Assembly: GCA_964486045.1 (NCBI GenBank)
Contig: CAZALK010000005.1
Span: 96,001-160,000 of the forward strand
Length of the DNA stretch: 64,000 bases
Reading direction: 5' to 3'
Source: an uncultured archaeon
GTDB lineage: Archaea; Asgardarchaeota; Lokiarchaeia; Sigyniarchaeales; SOKP01
The notes under the pieces are model-generated. The model was given only the letters and a program-made list of their open reading frames with translations, had not been told where the DNA came from and made no database searches. Both the position numbers and the translations under genes were made by a program. Shown in pieces: positions 49,818 to 60,685 of the stretch (the stretch's first letter is position 1; each line of letters begins with the position of its first letter).

Positions 49818-50669
49818 TTACTCATCCCACACCGCAGATTGAAGCAAATGTTCTATCCTCGACTTCCTTGGTCTCATAAACTCGGTATTATTCCCTTTCC
49901 TTTCCAATAACAAACTCTTTTCAAGAGTACTTGAATTAACTGTAAAAACTTCTAAATCACCCCCGTCAAGAAAAATTTGATTAAAACTGGGTGAATCATC
50001 CGCACGGACTTTTTTTGAGGTTGATGTACCACAGTAAAGAAAAGTCGTACTAAAGTTATTTTTACAAGACATTACATAAGAATGGCTCACGTGACGGTGA
50101 CCTGCTAATACCAAATCTATTTCGAATAATTGGGTGAATTCTAAAATTTCTCCTGCATCTCGAACAGTAGTGAATTTTTGTCCTGACATTGGAGTAGGAA
50201 TTAAATGATGATGCAATGCTATGACTCTATTTTCCAAATTTTTATTATACTGACGCCCTAACCAGTCTAATTGTTCATCCCCGATCCTTCCTTCTGCCAT
50301 ATCATCTATGGCTGAGCAGATACCTACAATCATGGTATCTTTATCCTCTATTACCAATCTTGACCTTCGAGGTCCTATTAGTTTTTCGAAAAATACAAGT
50401 CCACTATTTTTAGCATCATGGTTACCTGGAACTGCAATGAACTTGGTGATTTCTTTCATTCGTTGAAGATAAGGGAGAACTTTTTCAAATTGAACAACCC
50501 TCCCCTTATGAATAATATCACCTGTACACACAACTACATCTGGATGAGTATCTTTTATAAATTTAATAACATTCTCCATTAGTTCGGGAACGAATTCACT
50601 TCCATAATGCAAATCAGAAATTTGAATGATTTCAACCATTTTTTCGACTCTCTTTAATATTTTGTTCAC
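49818..50669 (-). CDS. Calcineurin-like metallophosphoesterase (CpdA/Icc-like)
   Basis: SDLH, TGD, PGNHD, HH, GHRH. Confidence 0.9.
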   Translation of the reverse strand: MNKILKRVEKMVEIIQISDLHYGSEFVPELMENVIKFIKDTHPDVVVCTGDIIHKGRVVQFEKVLPYLQRMKEITKFIAVPGNHDAKNSGLVFFEKLIGPRRSRLVIEDKDTMIVGICSAIDDMAEGRIGDEQLDWLGRQYNKNLENRVIALHHHLIPTPMSGQKFTTVRDAGEILEFTQLFEIDLVLAGHRHVSHSYVMSCKNNFSTTFLYCGTSTSKKVRADDSPSFNQIFLDGGDLEVFTVNSSTLEKSLLLERKGNNTEFMRPRKSRIEHLLQSAVWDE

Positions 50670-50808
50670 ATCTTAAGTACGAATTTCGATCATTCTCCTA
50701 AACAAATAATTAGTGCTAAATTTAAAATGTTTTAATGAGAATAATAACTTAAAAAAAATAGGATATAATATAATTTTTGTTCAGAATAATTTTTAAAGAA
50801 AAATCAAT

Positions 50809-50991
50809 CTAACTAAAATTCTCTACATTGAGAGATTGATATAAATTGCTGAGTTTTGAATGTGATTTACGCTTTTTTCCTAATGAATATAGAATATTTT
50901 GATTATTACAATCAAAACAAATCCCATTAACATTTATATAGCGTACTTCCCCGAATTTTGGGCACCAAAACTCTTTATATATAGGTTTCAT
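50809..50991 (-). CDS. Small Cys-containing hypothetical protein
   Basis: 60 aa with WCPKF...CFDC...H. Confidence 0.45.
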   Translation of the reverse strand: MKPIYKEFWCPKFGEVRYINVNGICFDCNNQNILYSLGKKRKSHSKLSNLYQSLNVENFS

Positions 50992-51154
50992 ATTTATTTA
51001 CTCAAATATCTGTCATTTATTCTCATTCTTCTATATTTAATAGAAACAATATATAGTTTTAAACACTCTCTCCATATAATATAATGAATTATATATTCTA
51101 TATAGAAAAAGAAGTAAAATAATTATTGAATAAATGGAAAATCAAGAATGGGGA

Positions 51155-54127
51155 TTAATCTTCATAATAGTGGTCTTCTAAATATTTTCTTACCTTGAAT
51201 TTATCAATAGAATCATCTATTATAAGTCCAGTAGAATAACTTTTATTTCCACCACCTTTTCCATAATCATCAAAATAATTAACACAATCCATTACTATTT
51301 TATTTGCACTATAATCGGATTCTTTCAGAGGTTCAGGACCTAACATAGCTGCTATTTCTATACCCTTCTCTCTTTTAGAAATATAAACTGCCATCAAATC
51401 TCCTGATTTTTTAAAGAGTTTTGCACTGATTTTTTGAAGATCTTTTTTTGGCAAATCATACTCATCTATCACAATTCGATATTTATGATCATCTTTAAAA
51501 AATCGAGCCTTATTGTTCATTAGAATAACATTCTCATTACTAAGAAGCTCTTTTCTTAATTTTAAATTTTTCTTCCCGTATTCCCACTCTGAATATAATC
51601 TTTTGACTTTTGAAGGAACTTTTTCACTCTCAACATGAAGAACCTGAGTTAATTCAGATAAAATATCACCTTCAAATATTTTTTCATTTTTTAAATCTAA
51701 ATCATCTTTCCCTGCTTTTTCTACCTTATGAGTTAGCTTATTGCGTTTCTTTAACAACTCTTTAACTCTATCAACAAGATATTTTGATTCTACTTTTAGA
51801 TATGATTCTAATTCTAAAATAATTGCTTTATTTTTTGCCTCTAACTCGAGAGAGGCTTCGCCTGCGGTAAAAATTAACCTTATGACACCATCTTGAATTG
51901 CGTGTGATTTAATAATTATAATTTTCCCTGTCTCAGATGTATTATTCAGATGAGTCCCCCCACAAGCTTCAACGTCGATTCCCGGAATCTCAACAATACG
52001 AATATTTTTACCTGGAACAGCCCCGCCTTGGTATATTGCCATCCCATATTTTTGTTCAGCTTCGGTTCTTGGGACAAATGAGAGATTTAGATTGATTGCT
52101 CTATCCACAATTTCGTTTGACTTCTTTTCAATTTCAATTATTTTATCTCTAGGAATTTGCTCATAATGAGTTATGTCAAGATGAGAGTTTTTTAGAGTTT
52201 TCCTTGCGCCAGCTTGGTTTATATGATTTCCTAAAATTTCTCTTGCAGCTGCATTTACAATATGGGTCGCTGTGTGATGTTGAGAGAGCTGTGTTCTCCA
52301 AGGTTTACTAAGTTCTACCTTAACAGTATCACCTTTTTTAAATTTTGGTTTTTCTTCCAATACATGGACAACGATTTTCCCTTGTTTAAAGGCATCATTG
52401 AATTGCTGACCATTTATCGTTCCAATATCATGAATTTGACCCCCCGAGGTTGGATAGGTTACAGACTGGTCTAGAATTACCATATTATCAATAATCTTTA
52501 ACACTTGAGCATTATTCGAAATTTCTGTATAGTCAAAGTAATAGAGTGATTTTGTTTCAGGTATACCTTCGAGATCAAGTTCAATTTCCTTCCCTGTAGC
52601 ATGAATTTGTTCGATTTTTTCATGTTTTTCTACTACAAGATTGTAGAAGTTGTCTGGAATTTTAATATTCACTCCATACTTTTTAGCTGCTTCTTTAACC
52701 ATATCAGGACTTACCCCATTTGAATCATATAACTCTATAAGAGTGTTAGTTGAAATTTCACCTTTCTTTAATTCTCGTTCTAATATTTTTCCAGCTTTTT
52801 TCTTAGTAGTGTAAAATTTCTCTTTCTCAACATCGAGTATCTCTTTAATTTCATCTAAATTTTCAGACACTTCTGGAAAGATTCCTTTTAATTCTTCAGC
52901 ATGCCAATTGCATACATCAGCCATATCAATTTTCCAATTGAATTGATCAATAAAACTAATCGCTCTCCTGAAAATTACTCTTAAATTATACCCTCCCCCA
53001 ACATTCGAAGGAAGTTTCCCATCATTAATAGCAAACAATAAAGATCGGGAATGGTCTGCAATTGAGTAAAGGCCAGTCATAGGCATGATTTTATTTTTAA
53101 GATCTTTCGCGTCAATCTCTAATTCTTTAGCAACACGATTCCATGCTTCATCAATATTTTCAACTTCGTCAACATTTAGATAAGCCGAAAATTGAGAGAA
53201 TCGATTATACAAATCCAAATCTAATTCAATTTTTGTAATCTCTCTTAATTTCTTTAAGACAAACGGAAAAATAGCTTCATACATATTAGGGGTTCCTTGT
53301 GAGAACCAGGCAACACGTTCTTGACCTAAACCCATATCGAGAACTTTCAGTTTTAACTCTCGTGGGCCTTCTGGAGTTTGTTCAAACATTGTGTAAACTT
53401 GGTTAAATAATTCTACTCCTCTGCTGAAAAATTCAAGACAACATCCAAAAGAGCCTCCTCCTGCCCATGAATCCTCATGGATTGTTATTTCTTCTTTTGG
53501 AAGGCCAACACCCTCATGAAGAAAATCATGTATATCCATAAAAAGCTCACCTTGGTTCCACTCTTCAGGTGATACAAATGCATGTTGTCCGATCATAACG
53601 AAACCTGTGTTATGTGACCCCGTGATCCCCACATTTTCAATATCATTAAATCGTAAACAAAATTGGGGAATTACTAGTTTTTTTGCAGGTGGTTCTACTT
53701 CTCCAGTAATAACGTAAGGTTGGAACGCGGATATTGATGCCATTGTAAATTCTGAGGTTGGGTTCCATCTCGCTACACAAGGATATCTTTTGATAGGTAC
53801 ATAACCTCTCGGTTCTAAAATTTCAACTATTTTGTTCCAAACTCCAATAAATGAAAGCTTCACTTTTGAAGGATTATTTACAGTAACTTGAAAACCTCCA
53901 GAACATACAGGATCTCCGCACACCTCTCTTTCTTTAAGTGTTGTCCAAAAATAATTACCACAACATTCGCATTGTTTTCTTATATACCCTAATCTTCTAA
54001 GTTCTTCTGTAGGGAAATATTCATCTGGATTTTTTGAGGCTATTTTCTTGAAAACTTGTTTTAATTGTTTATCGGTTTGAGCTTCGACAAGTTCCTTCTG
54101 TTCTTTCTCTGAGAGCACTTTAATCAA
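51155..54127 (-). CDS. alaS: Alanyl-tRNA synthetase, archaeal type
   Basis: N-terminal Cys motif, IPQFCLRFND, DMGLGQER, IADHSR, PSNVGGGY; editing domain HTATH and EACGGTH. Confidence 0.95.
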   Translation of the reverse strand: MIKVLSEKEQKELVEAQTDKQLKQVFKKIASKNPDEYFPTEELRRLGYIRKQCECCGNYFWTTLKEREVCGDPVCSGGFQVTVNNPSKVKLSFIGVWNKIVEILEPRGYVPIKRYPCVARWNPTSEFTMASISAFQPYVITGEVEPPAKKLVIPQFCLRFNDIENVGITGSHNTGFVMIGQHAFVSPEEWNQGELFMDIHDFLHEGVGLPKEEITIHEDSWAGGGSFGCCLEFFSRGVELFNQVYTMFEQTPEGPRELKLKVLDMGLGQERVAWFSQGTPNMYEAIFPFVLKKLREITKIELDLDLYNRFSQFSAYLNVDEVENIDEAWNRVAKELEIDAKDLKNKIMPMTGLYSIADHSRSLLFAINDGKLPSNVGGGYNLRVIFRRAISFIDQFNWKIDMADVCNWHAEELKGIFPEVSENLDEIKEILDVEKEKFYTTKKKAGKILERELKKGEISTNTLIELYDSNGVSPDMVKEAAKKYGVNIKIPDNFYNLVVEKHEKIEQIHATGKEIELDLEGIPETKSLYYFDYTEISNNAQVLKIIDNMVILDQSVTYPTSGGQIHDIGTINGQQFNDAFKQGKIVVHVLEEKPKFKKGDTVKVELSKPWRTQLSQHHTATHIVNAAAREILGNHINQAGARKTLKNSHLDITHYEQIPRDKIIEIEKKSNEIVDRAINLNLSFVPRTEAEQKYGMAIYQGGAVPGKNIRIVEIPGIDVEACGGTHLNNTSETGKIIIIKSHAIQDGVIRLIFTAGEASLELEAKNKAIILELESYLKVESKYLVDRVKELLKKRNKLTHKVEKAGKDDLDLKNEKIFEGDILSELTQVLHVESEKVPSKVKRLYSEWEYGKKNLKLRKELLSNENVILMNNKARFFKDDHKYRIVIDEYDLPKKDLQKISAKLFKKSGDLMAVYISKREKGIEIAAMLGPEPLKESDYSANKIVMDCVNYFDDYGKGGGNKSYSTGLIIDDSIDKFKVRKYLEDHYYED

Positions 54128-54379
54128 ATTCTAAATGTTCAAATTCTCGAATAATAATAATTAAAAATAATATTGGTCATTCTATTATATTTTCTTTTAA
54201 TTTTTAAAAAATTAGAAATATACTCGAAATAAAGTTTTTCTCAAATGTAACCTTTTCAATTTCGTTAAATCTCAGGTAAAATTGAAGTATAATGAGGCTT
54301 TTTCCGGGTAGTAGTAACTCCCGAAGGGGACAAACTCTTTAAAAATTAGAAAAATAAGGAGATAAAGATAAAAAGTAAA

Positions 54380-54583
54380 ATGAATGGAACAAAGCGAGTA
54401 GATATTAAATCAGGCATGCGAGTTTTAATCGTATTAAAGAGAGATCAACGATCTGGCAAGTTAACCGAGGGTACAGTCAAAGATGTGCTTACAAACTCTC
54501 CTAATCACCATTATGGGATTAAAGTTCGGTTGAGGAGCGGTAAAATTGGACGAGTGAAAGAAATAATCAGCTCAAAACAATAA
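54380..54583 (+). CDS. YwbE-family (DUF2196) protein
   Basis: VLKRDQRSGKLTEG.VKD.LT.S..H.YGIKVRL..G.IGRV; AGGAG upstream. Confidence 0.85.
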   Translation: MNGTKRVDIKSGMRVLIVLKRDQRSGKLTEGTVKDVLTNSPNHHYGIKVRLRSGKIGRVKEIISSKQ

Positions 54584-54873
54584 GATACTAAAAAACCAAG
54601 AGTATTTAGGCAATGTAACTCTTTTTTACTAAATAATGGGGTTTTTTTAGTAATTATTACTTCTAAATTTTGAAGATTTATTCGTCGAATAATAAGGCAT
54701 TTTAGATGCTATCAATGTGATTGCATCAATTAAGATTTCTTCCTTCTGAGATGGGGTACTTAATTATTTTAATGATGAAACCCGTTCATGTGCTTGTCCA
54801 AAATAAAAGTAGGAAGATTTACATGAGCGTAGGTAAAGGAGAAACCCACAACAGAAAGAAAAAATGGAATAAA

Positions 54874-56307
54874 ATGTTAAAAGAAACACATAGAATGACC
54901 GGTACGGTCAAATGGTATAATGAAAAGAAAGGATTTGGATTTATAACATCCGATATGAACAGTGAAGATGTTTTTTTACACCATACTGCACTGCAACAAC
55001 ACGAGGATGTACAGGTCGTCACTGGCGATCGCATTACATTTACAATCCAAAATCAAGAAAAGGGACCCGCTGCTCTTGAAGTAAAACGGTTCTCAGAAGA
55101 AAAAGAAATAATACACCCCGATCAAGCTGACCTTGGAACAAAATTTACCGATCTCGACCTAAAACCAGAAATATTGCACGCAATAAGAGATGCTGGTTAC
55201 GTGAATCCAACACCAATTCAAGCGCAGGCAATACCGATGGTCTTTAAAGGACAAGATTTACTAGGATGTGCCCAGACGGGAACAGGTAAAACTGCTGCAT
55301 TTGCGCTCCCAATCCTGCAGCGATTGATGAATAACCCAAGCAAGGACAGATTGAATATAATAAATAATAATAAGTATAAAATAATAAGTAAAATACGGGC
55401 GCTAGTACTTTCACCCACGAGAGAATTGGCAATCCAGATAGCGAATAGTTTCAGCATTTATGGAAAATACACTGGATTAAACAACGTGGTCATCTACGGA
55501 GGAGTTAGTCAAAATCCACAGGTTGCAAAGCTAAAACAAGGAGTAGATATTATAGTTGCGACACCCGGTCGATTACTCGACTTGATGAGACAAGGACATA
55601 TAAAGCTGAACCATGTCGAGATGTTAGTCTTAGACGAAGGAGACAGAATGCTTGATATGGGTTTCATCCACGATATTCGATCTATCATCAAGAGTGTGCC
55701 ACAAAAAAATCGACAGACATTGCTCTTTTCTGCTACAATACCTCGTGAAATAATTAAATTCGCGAGAAACATTCTGCATGATCCCGTCCATATAAATATA
55801 TCTCCAGATGAACCCACCTTGGAAATAATTGAACAGGCTGCATTTTTTATATCGAAAGAGAAAAAGCAAGCTTTGCTGGAATATTTACTTGCCGATTCAA
55901 CTATTACACGAGCGTTGGTTTTTACACGCACCAAACATGGCGCGAATCGAGTCGTTAAGAAACTACAGAGGAAGAGGATACGTGCCGAAGCGATACATGG
56001 AAATAAATCACAATCCGCACGTCAAATTGCGCTTAAAAACTTTCGGACTGGAAAAGCTCGAGTGTTGGTAGCTACTGATGTTGCTTCACGCGGTCTTGAT
56101 GTAGATGACATCTCACATGTAATCCAATTTGACTTGCCAGATGCGTCGGAAACATATTTGCATCGCATCGGTCGGACGGCAAGAGCAGGTGCGGGAGGGA
56201 CCGCCTTTGCATTCTGCGAAAAGAGTCAATACAAGCAATTAAGAGAGATCGAACAGTTGATTCGAATGCGAGTGAAAATTGTCAAAAACCACCCCTACAC
56301 CAATTGA
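54874..56307 (+). CDS. Cold-shock domain fused to an RhlE-like DEAD-box RNA helicase (start uncertain: 54823, 54874 or 54895; track 54721)
   Basis: GTVKWYNEKKGFGFI and DVFLH (RNP1/RNP2); Q motif, AQTGTGKT, PTRELA, TPGRL, DEGD, SAT, SRGLD, HRIGRTAR. Confidence 0.92.
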   Translation: MLKETHRMTGTVKWYNEKKGFGFITSDMNSEDVFLHHTALQQHEDVQVVTGDRITFTIQNQEKGPAALEVKRFSEEKEIIHPDQADLGTKFTDLDLKPEILHAIRDAGYVNPTPIQAQAIPMVFKGQDLLGCAQTGTGKTAAFALPILQRLMNNPSKDRLNIINNNKYKIISKIRALVLSPTRELAIQIANSFSIYGKYTGLNNVVIYGGVSQNPQVAKLKQGVDIIVATPGRLLDLMRQGHIKLNHVEMLVLDEGDRMLDMGFIHDIRSIIKSVPQKNRQTLLFSATIPREIIKFARNILHDPVHINISPDEPTLEIIEQAAFFISKEKKQALLEYLLADSTITRALVFTRTKHGANRVVKKLQRKRIRAEAIHGNKSQSARQIALKNFRTGKARVLVATDVASRGLDVDDISHVIQFDLPDASETYLHRIGRTARAGAGGTAFAFCEKSQYKQLREIEQLIRMRVKIVKNHPYTN

Positions 56308-56749
56308 TTTCTCTAGAGCATCGTTCATTTGGTTAAAAGATAAGAATGGTTGTTACACGTATAGAAAGTGTTGATTTTTTTTTTTTTTTCGCTTTTTTAT
56401 ATATCTAATGATGTATAAATTATTTTAAATTTTAGTCCTGTTGATTATAATGATGAAAAACGATAATGAGAAATGAATAAAGTGTCTGATTTAAATCATT
56501 TTTACTCAGGTTTTGACGAACTTTAATAAAATAGGATGAGAAAATTTATCTAAATGAGTAATTTATCGGTCTTATGTCACATTTACACACATATTGACAA
56601 AATGACAAAACTGGATGGTAAAATTTAAATAACTCTTTTTACATTAATTTAGTGACAAAATTAAACTTTCTTTATCTAAATAGTTTGATTTTGTAATTTT
56701 AATCAAAAGAATAATTTTAGAATTAAAGAAAAAAAAAAGGAAACATTTT

Positions 56750-57448
56750 ATGAAAAAAACTAAAATATTTGCTTTGCTAATCTTTTCAGCCTTAATATTT
56801 GGAGTTATAGGTGGTGTAGTAGGATATCAAGAATATCTTTATAGATGGGAGGATAATGGGGGCGAAGGAACTCATGGTGGATGTCATCATGATGATTCAG
56901 TACCTAGCGTAATCGGAACTTTAGTTTTAACTGTTAATGAAACGGGAAATTTATCTCCAGGACAAGCCTTCACTTTAGAGATCGACGTCCTTAACTTTAC
57001 AGAGGCTACCGTAGATCCGTATGTCCGTTCGGGGAGTGGTAGAGTTTCGGTCGGTCTACCTGGGTATAAAGGTGACAATGCGAAGTTTACATTAGCACTC
57101 AATCACCAGACGCTAAATCGAGGAGAAAAGTTAGATCAATGGGGATCTTATGATCCTGGAGATACCGATAACGTCTTTGAGCTTTTTGCACCAATGGAAG
57201 CTGGAACTTATGAACTTTGGGCAGTAGTAATGGCGGCCATGAATCAAACTGACACGGAATCGTTCAATATTACTTATGTAGAAGATTTTATTACGATTAC
57301 TGTTGTAGCTCCTTCCGGTCCAGCAACAGGCCCAGAAACAATTTCAGGTGGGCTGTTAGTAGTTATTCTTAGCTGTACATTGGGTGTATCCACTATCTTA
57401 ACCCTTAGAATAAGAAAGAGAGCAAGAAGAATAGAGCTGTTGTCATAA
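56750..57448 (+). CDS. Exported, C-terminally anchored beta-sandwich protein with HGGCH motif
   Basis: Signal peptide, THGGCHH, Ig/Reeler-like strands, ISGG + TM + basic tail. Confidence 0.75.
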   Translation: MKKTKIFALLIFSALIFGVIGGVVGYQEYLYRWEDNGGEGTHGGCHHDDSVPSVIGTLVLTVNETGNLSPGQAFTLEIDVLNFTEATVDPYVRSGSGRVSVGLPGYKGDNAKFTLALNHQTLNRGEKLDQWGSYDPGDTDNVFELFAPMEAGTYELWAVVMAAMNQTDTESFNITYVEDFITITVVAPSGPATGPETISGGLLVVILSCTLGVSTILTLRIRKRARRIELLS

Positions 57449-57697
57449 AATATTATATTTAAATACTTTTTTTTTATTTTAATTTATCAAAAAAATAAAT
57501 AGTTTTAATGTAACTCGTAATTTAGGTAATATATTTCTTGTTCTAAAAACTCAATGTTTACAACTTTTCTAAAGTGGAATTCAATGAATTCTTGAAATAT
57601 CTGATTATAGTTTATTGAAAGATAACAGTGAGAAGATATTAATTTGAAGAAAAGTCAGTAAAGAAGTAACCATAATTCTGATATACCTTAGAGAGTA

Positions 57698-58144
57698 TTA
57701 AAGATTTAAGGTTTGAAGATGTAAGTATCCCTTTTTCGCGAAATCATAATCTAGAAATTCAATTTTTTCAGGGATTATCTTCAAAAGTAATGTCCTCCTC
57801 CCTCGAACAATTTTTTGAGCTTTTTCGAACTCATCATCCCCATCTCTTAAGAAGATTAATCTTTCTTTTCCTGAAGCTGTGATTTGCATACCTTGAATTT
57901 TTCCTTCAGATATGGGGGTGTAAATACCAATGCTAATTTTCGGATTATCTTCGATGTTCTTCACTTTCCTTCCGGGAGCAGGTCCAACATAAATATTAAA
58001 ATTGACTTTTTCGGTATAAAAATCCATTGGCGTTGCGCGAGGAACATTATTGGCACATGTACATAAAACCAATGTTTTTCTTTCATTTAGATATTCACGA
58101 ATTTCTCTTTTTAACTCATCTTCTGGCATTTTCTGATTTGCCAT
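57698..58144 (-). CDS. Pyridoxamine 5'-phosphate oxidase-like FMN-binding protein
   Basis: LVLCT...PRATPM...KVKNIEDNPKIS...GMQITA...LKIIPEKI. Confidence 0.8.
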   Translation of the reverse strand: MANQKMPEDELKREIREYLNERKTLVLCTCANNVPRATPMDFYTEKVNFNIYVGPAPGRKVKNIEDNPKISIGIYTPISEGKIQGMQITASGKERLIFLRDGDDEFEKAQKIVRGRRTLLLKIIPEKIEFLDYDFAKKGYLHLQTLNL

Positions 58145-58441
58145 TCTTAAATTCTCACAATTTTAACTTATAATGCACAATTAAAATGAAGAGTTAAAGA
58201 TAAATTTTGGAAAATGTAAATTATTTTGTTTAAGATCATCAAAAAATTCCAAAATTTGGAATGTAATTATCTTATTTCTATAAAACTATTGATTGGGATT
58301 ATCAATATGTTAATTTTGGCACCACTAATTTCAAGATAGGAACATTTAATAGATGGGAATTTATATAAGTAACAGAACTAAACTTTTATTACTTAAAAAG
58401 TTTAGAATTGAAGTTTTTATAACAAATTTAATAAAATTTTA

Positions 58442-59356
58442 ATGAAAAAAATGAAGAGTCAAAATCATAAAAAATCGCTAATATTTGTGTTTGGATTGTT
58501 TTTGATAATAACAGTTGTCGGAGTTTCTTTAAACACGAGTGCATACCCGAATGAGAGTACAATAGGTTGTCACCCTGGAGGTTATACTATCACTGTTGTA
58601 AATGACTCTGTGATCCAAGACGAAGTCTCAACTACACATAATTTGGAAATTACGGCTACAGGTCCAAGTGTTGTTATAGATGTATTTACAGATGCGTTGG
58701 ATAATGAATTGTTTACAATTTTACCAAATACTATTATCACAGACAATTCTGCTGAAGATTTAGATCCTGCAACAGATTCTATTCGAGTGATATTGAATGT
58801 TACACTACCGTCTCAAACTGGTGTTTACACACTACGAATACTCAGTAGGGCACCAACATTATCTGGTGAAAGTACTCCCATAAGTGTTCTTGATATTGAA
58901 GTAACAGTTGGAGATGTGATTGAACCACCACCCTCAACATCGTTATTTGACAAATATAACCTTTATCTTGGAGGAATTGCTGTTCTATTCATGACTATTG
59001 GAACCATCGTATTTCAGATTAACGTGTATAAAAAATTAGATTCTAAATTCCATGGAATTTTCATGACGATAGCATTCATATTAGTCACGGTAAATATCTT
59101 CTTAATTTTGAATGACACTATGATCACATACAACAGATCAATAATCCTAACTAGTAGTCAATATGTAGGTCAATTGAATAACATAATTCTAGGATCAATA
59201 GGATATTTGGCAGGAATTGTTGTTGTATTTGGAATATACACAAATGTACCAGGATTAAAAATGAAATTTGCAGTGTATACAATGCTTTTAGGATGGAGCA
59301 TTAATCTCTTCATCGGAATATTCCTACCTGCTCCAAGTTTTGTTTTAGGAGGTTAA
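58442..59356 (+). CDS. Exported GCH-motif beta-sandwich domain fused to a four-TM domain
   Basis: Signal peptide, AYPNESTIGCH, LPSQTGVYTL, then four hydrophobic helices including KFHG; 6 bp upstream of the hdrC fusion. Confidence 0.75.
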   Translation: MKKMKSQNHKKSLIFVFGLFLIITVVGVSLNTSAYPNESTIGCHPGGYTITVVNDSVIQDEVSTTHNLEITATGPSVVIDVFTDALDNELFTILPNTIITDNSAEDLDPATDSIRVILNVTLPSQTGVYTLRILSRAPTLSGESTPISVLDIEVTVGDVIEPPPSTSLFDKYNLYLGGIAVLFMTIGTIVFQINVYKKLDSKFHGIFMTIAFILVTVNIFLILNDTMITYNRSIILTSSQYVGQLNNIILGSIGYLAGIVVVFGIYTNVPGLKMKFAVYTMLLGWSINLFIGIFLPAPSFVLGG

Positions 59357-59362
59357 AAAAAG

Positions 59363-60685
59363 ATGAGTTTAAATACAAAAAAAGGATTATTTCTATCGTT
59401 ATATTACCTAAGCCCTATAATCGCTTCGATAATCTATTTATTTGAAGAACCAGTAGCATTTTCACTTGTAAGTAGTACCGCGCTTTCACAAGGACCCATT
59501 CTGTACGTGTTTCAATATCTAATACATACAATTGCCAGTATAATAGGAATCTTCTCTTTTATCTGGATGTGTTTCAATATCATCATAATGATAAAAATGA
59601 AAGGGATTGAGAAGAATTTTACTTTAAGGTGGTTAGTCAAATTTCACACAGTAATGGCTGTGATTGCATTATTTCTGGGAATTGCGCATGCACCCTTAGT
59701 GATGTTAAAAACGATGGGTAATGAAGACCAAATAGTTTCAGGAACAATTGGGTTGCTCATATTCATAATCTTAATGATCTTTGCTATAATTTTCATGTCC
59801 AACCGATTGTTAAGCAATACTAGAATCGAGGCTCTGAGATCAACTGCATATGAAAGGAAATTTAGATATGGTGTTAACAAATTCCTCCACAATATAACAG
59901 TGTTGGCAGTAGGGGTCATATTTTTTCACACGTTAATATCAAACACCTCAAAAAGTTCGATGCTCATGGTTGGTGTATATTTCTTTTTCTTTGATGTTAC
60001 TATTATTGGTTGGGTTAGCCATAAGGTGGTCCGAAAGCTTCGTGTGGGAACAGATCCATATTTGTACCGTAAGGTTTCCTGGGATACATTAGCTGAGGTT
60101 GTACCTTGGTTATACCAAGGAGCGAATAATGACTGGGCCATACAATTAATCAAACAAAATCCTTCTCTTTATCCTTGTCTCCAGTGTGGTACGTGTACAG
60201 GTAAATGTCCAGTATCAATTTTTACGGAAGGGGAATATAATTCAAGGAAATTAATACAATGGATATTAAAGGGTCTAAAAGATAAAGTTGTTATTGATAT
60301 GGAACCTAATGTTTGGCAATGCACTCAATGTTATACTTGTGCTGAAAATTGCCCACAACATGTAAAACTGCCTGATATTATTCTTTTCCTGAGAAATAAA
60401 TTAGCAGAACGAGGAGAGGCCCCTGATGGTTTTTTAAGTGAAGCCGAGGCTGTTTATAACAACGGAGTATCTATTCCTCTTCAAAACGCAGTAATAAGGA
60501 GAAGAAAAATATTAGGGCTCCCGCCAATTCCAAAATTTGATATTCAAGAAATTCAGGATATAATGGATATGGCAGGTCTTAATGATATAATTTTAAAACA
60601 TGTTGTTACAGAAAAAGAAGACATAGATACAAAACACATTTTAGAAGAAAAAAGTGAGGTGAAACCATACATTGGCGGAAGTTAA
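59363..60685 (+). CDS. hdrC: Ferric-reductase/NOX-type di-heme membrane domain fused to HdrC
   Basis: Six TM helices with H-x13-H and H-x12-H pairs; CLQCGTCTGKCP and WQCTQCYTCAENCP. Confidence 0.85.
   Translation: MSLNTKKGLFLSLYYLSPIIASIIYLFEEPVAFSLVSSTALSQGPILYVFQYLIHTIASIIGIFSFIWMCFNIIIMIKMKGIEKNFTLRWLVKFHTVMAVIALFLGIAHAPLVMLKTMGNEDQIVSGTIGLLIFIILMIFAIIFMSNRLLSNTRIEALRSTAYERKFRYGVNKFLHNITVLAVGVIFFHTLISNTSKSSMLMVGVYFFFFDVTIIGWVSHKVVRKLRVGTDPYLYRKVSWDTLAEVVPWLYQGANNDWAIQLIKQNPSLYPCLQCGTCTGKCPVSIFTEGEYNSRKLIQWILKGLKDKVVIDMEPNVWQCTQCYTCAENCPQHVKLPDIILFLRNKLAERGEAPDGFLSEAEAVYNNGVSIPLQNAVIRRRKILGLPPIPKFDIQEIQDIMDMAGLNDIILKHVVTEKEDIDTKHILEEKSEVKPYIGGS

Noticed and set aside
54721-54873. N-terminal extensions of track ORFs from upstream TTG/alternative starts (also 10904, 24704, 29516, 29945, 36897)
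   Set aside because: The extensions lack domain similarity or overlap neighbouring genes; downstream ATG/GTG starts fit the domain boundaries better.
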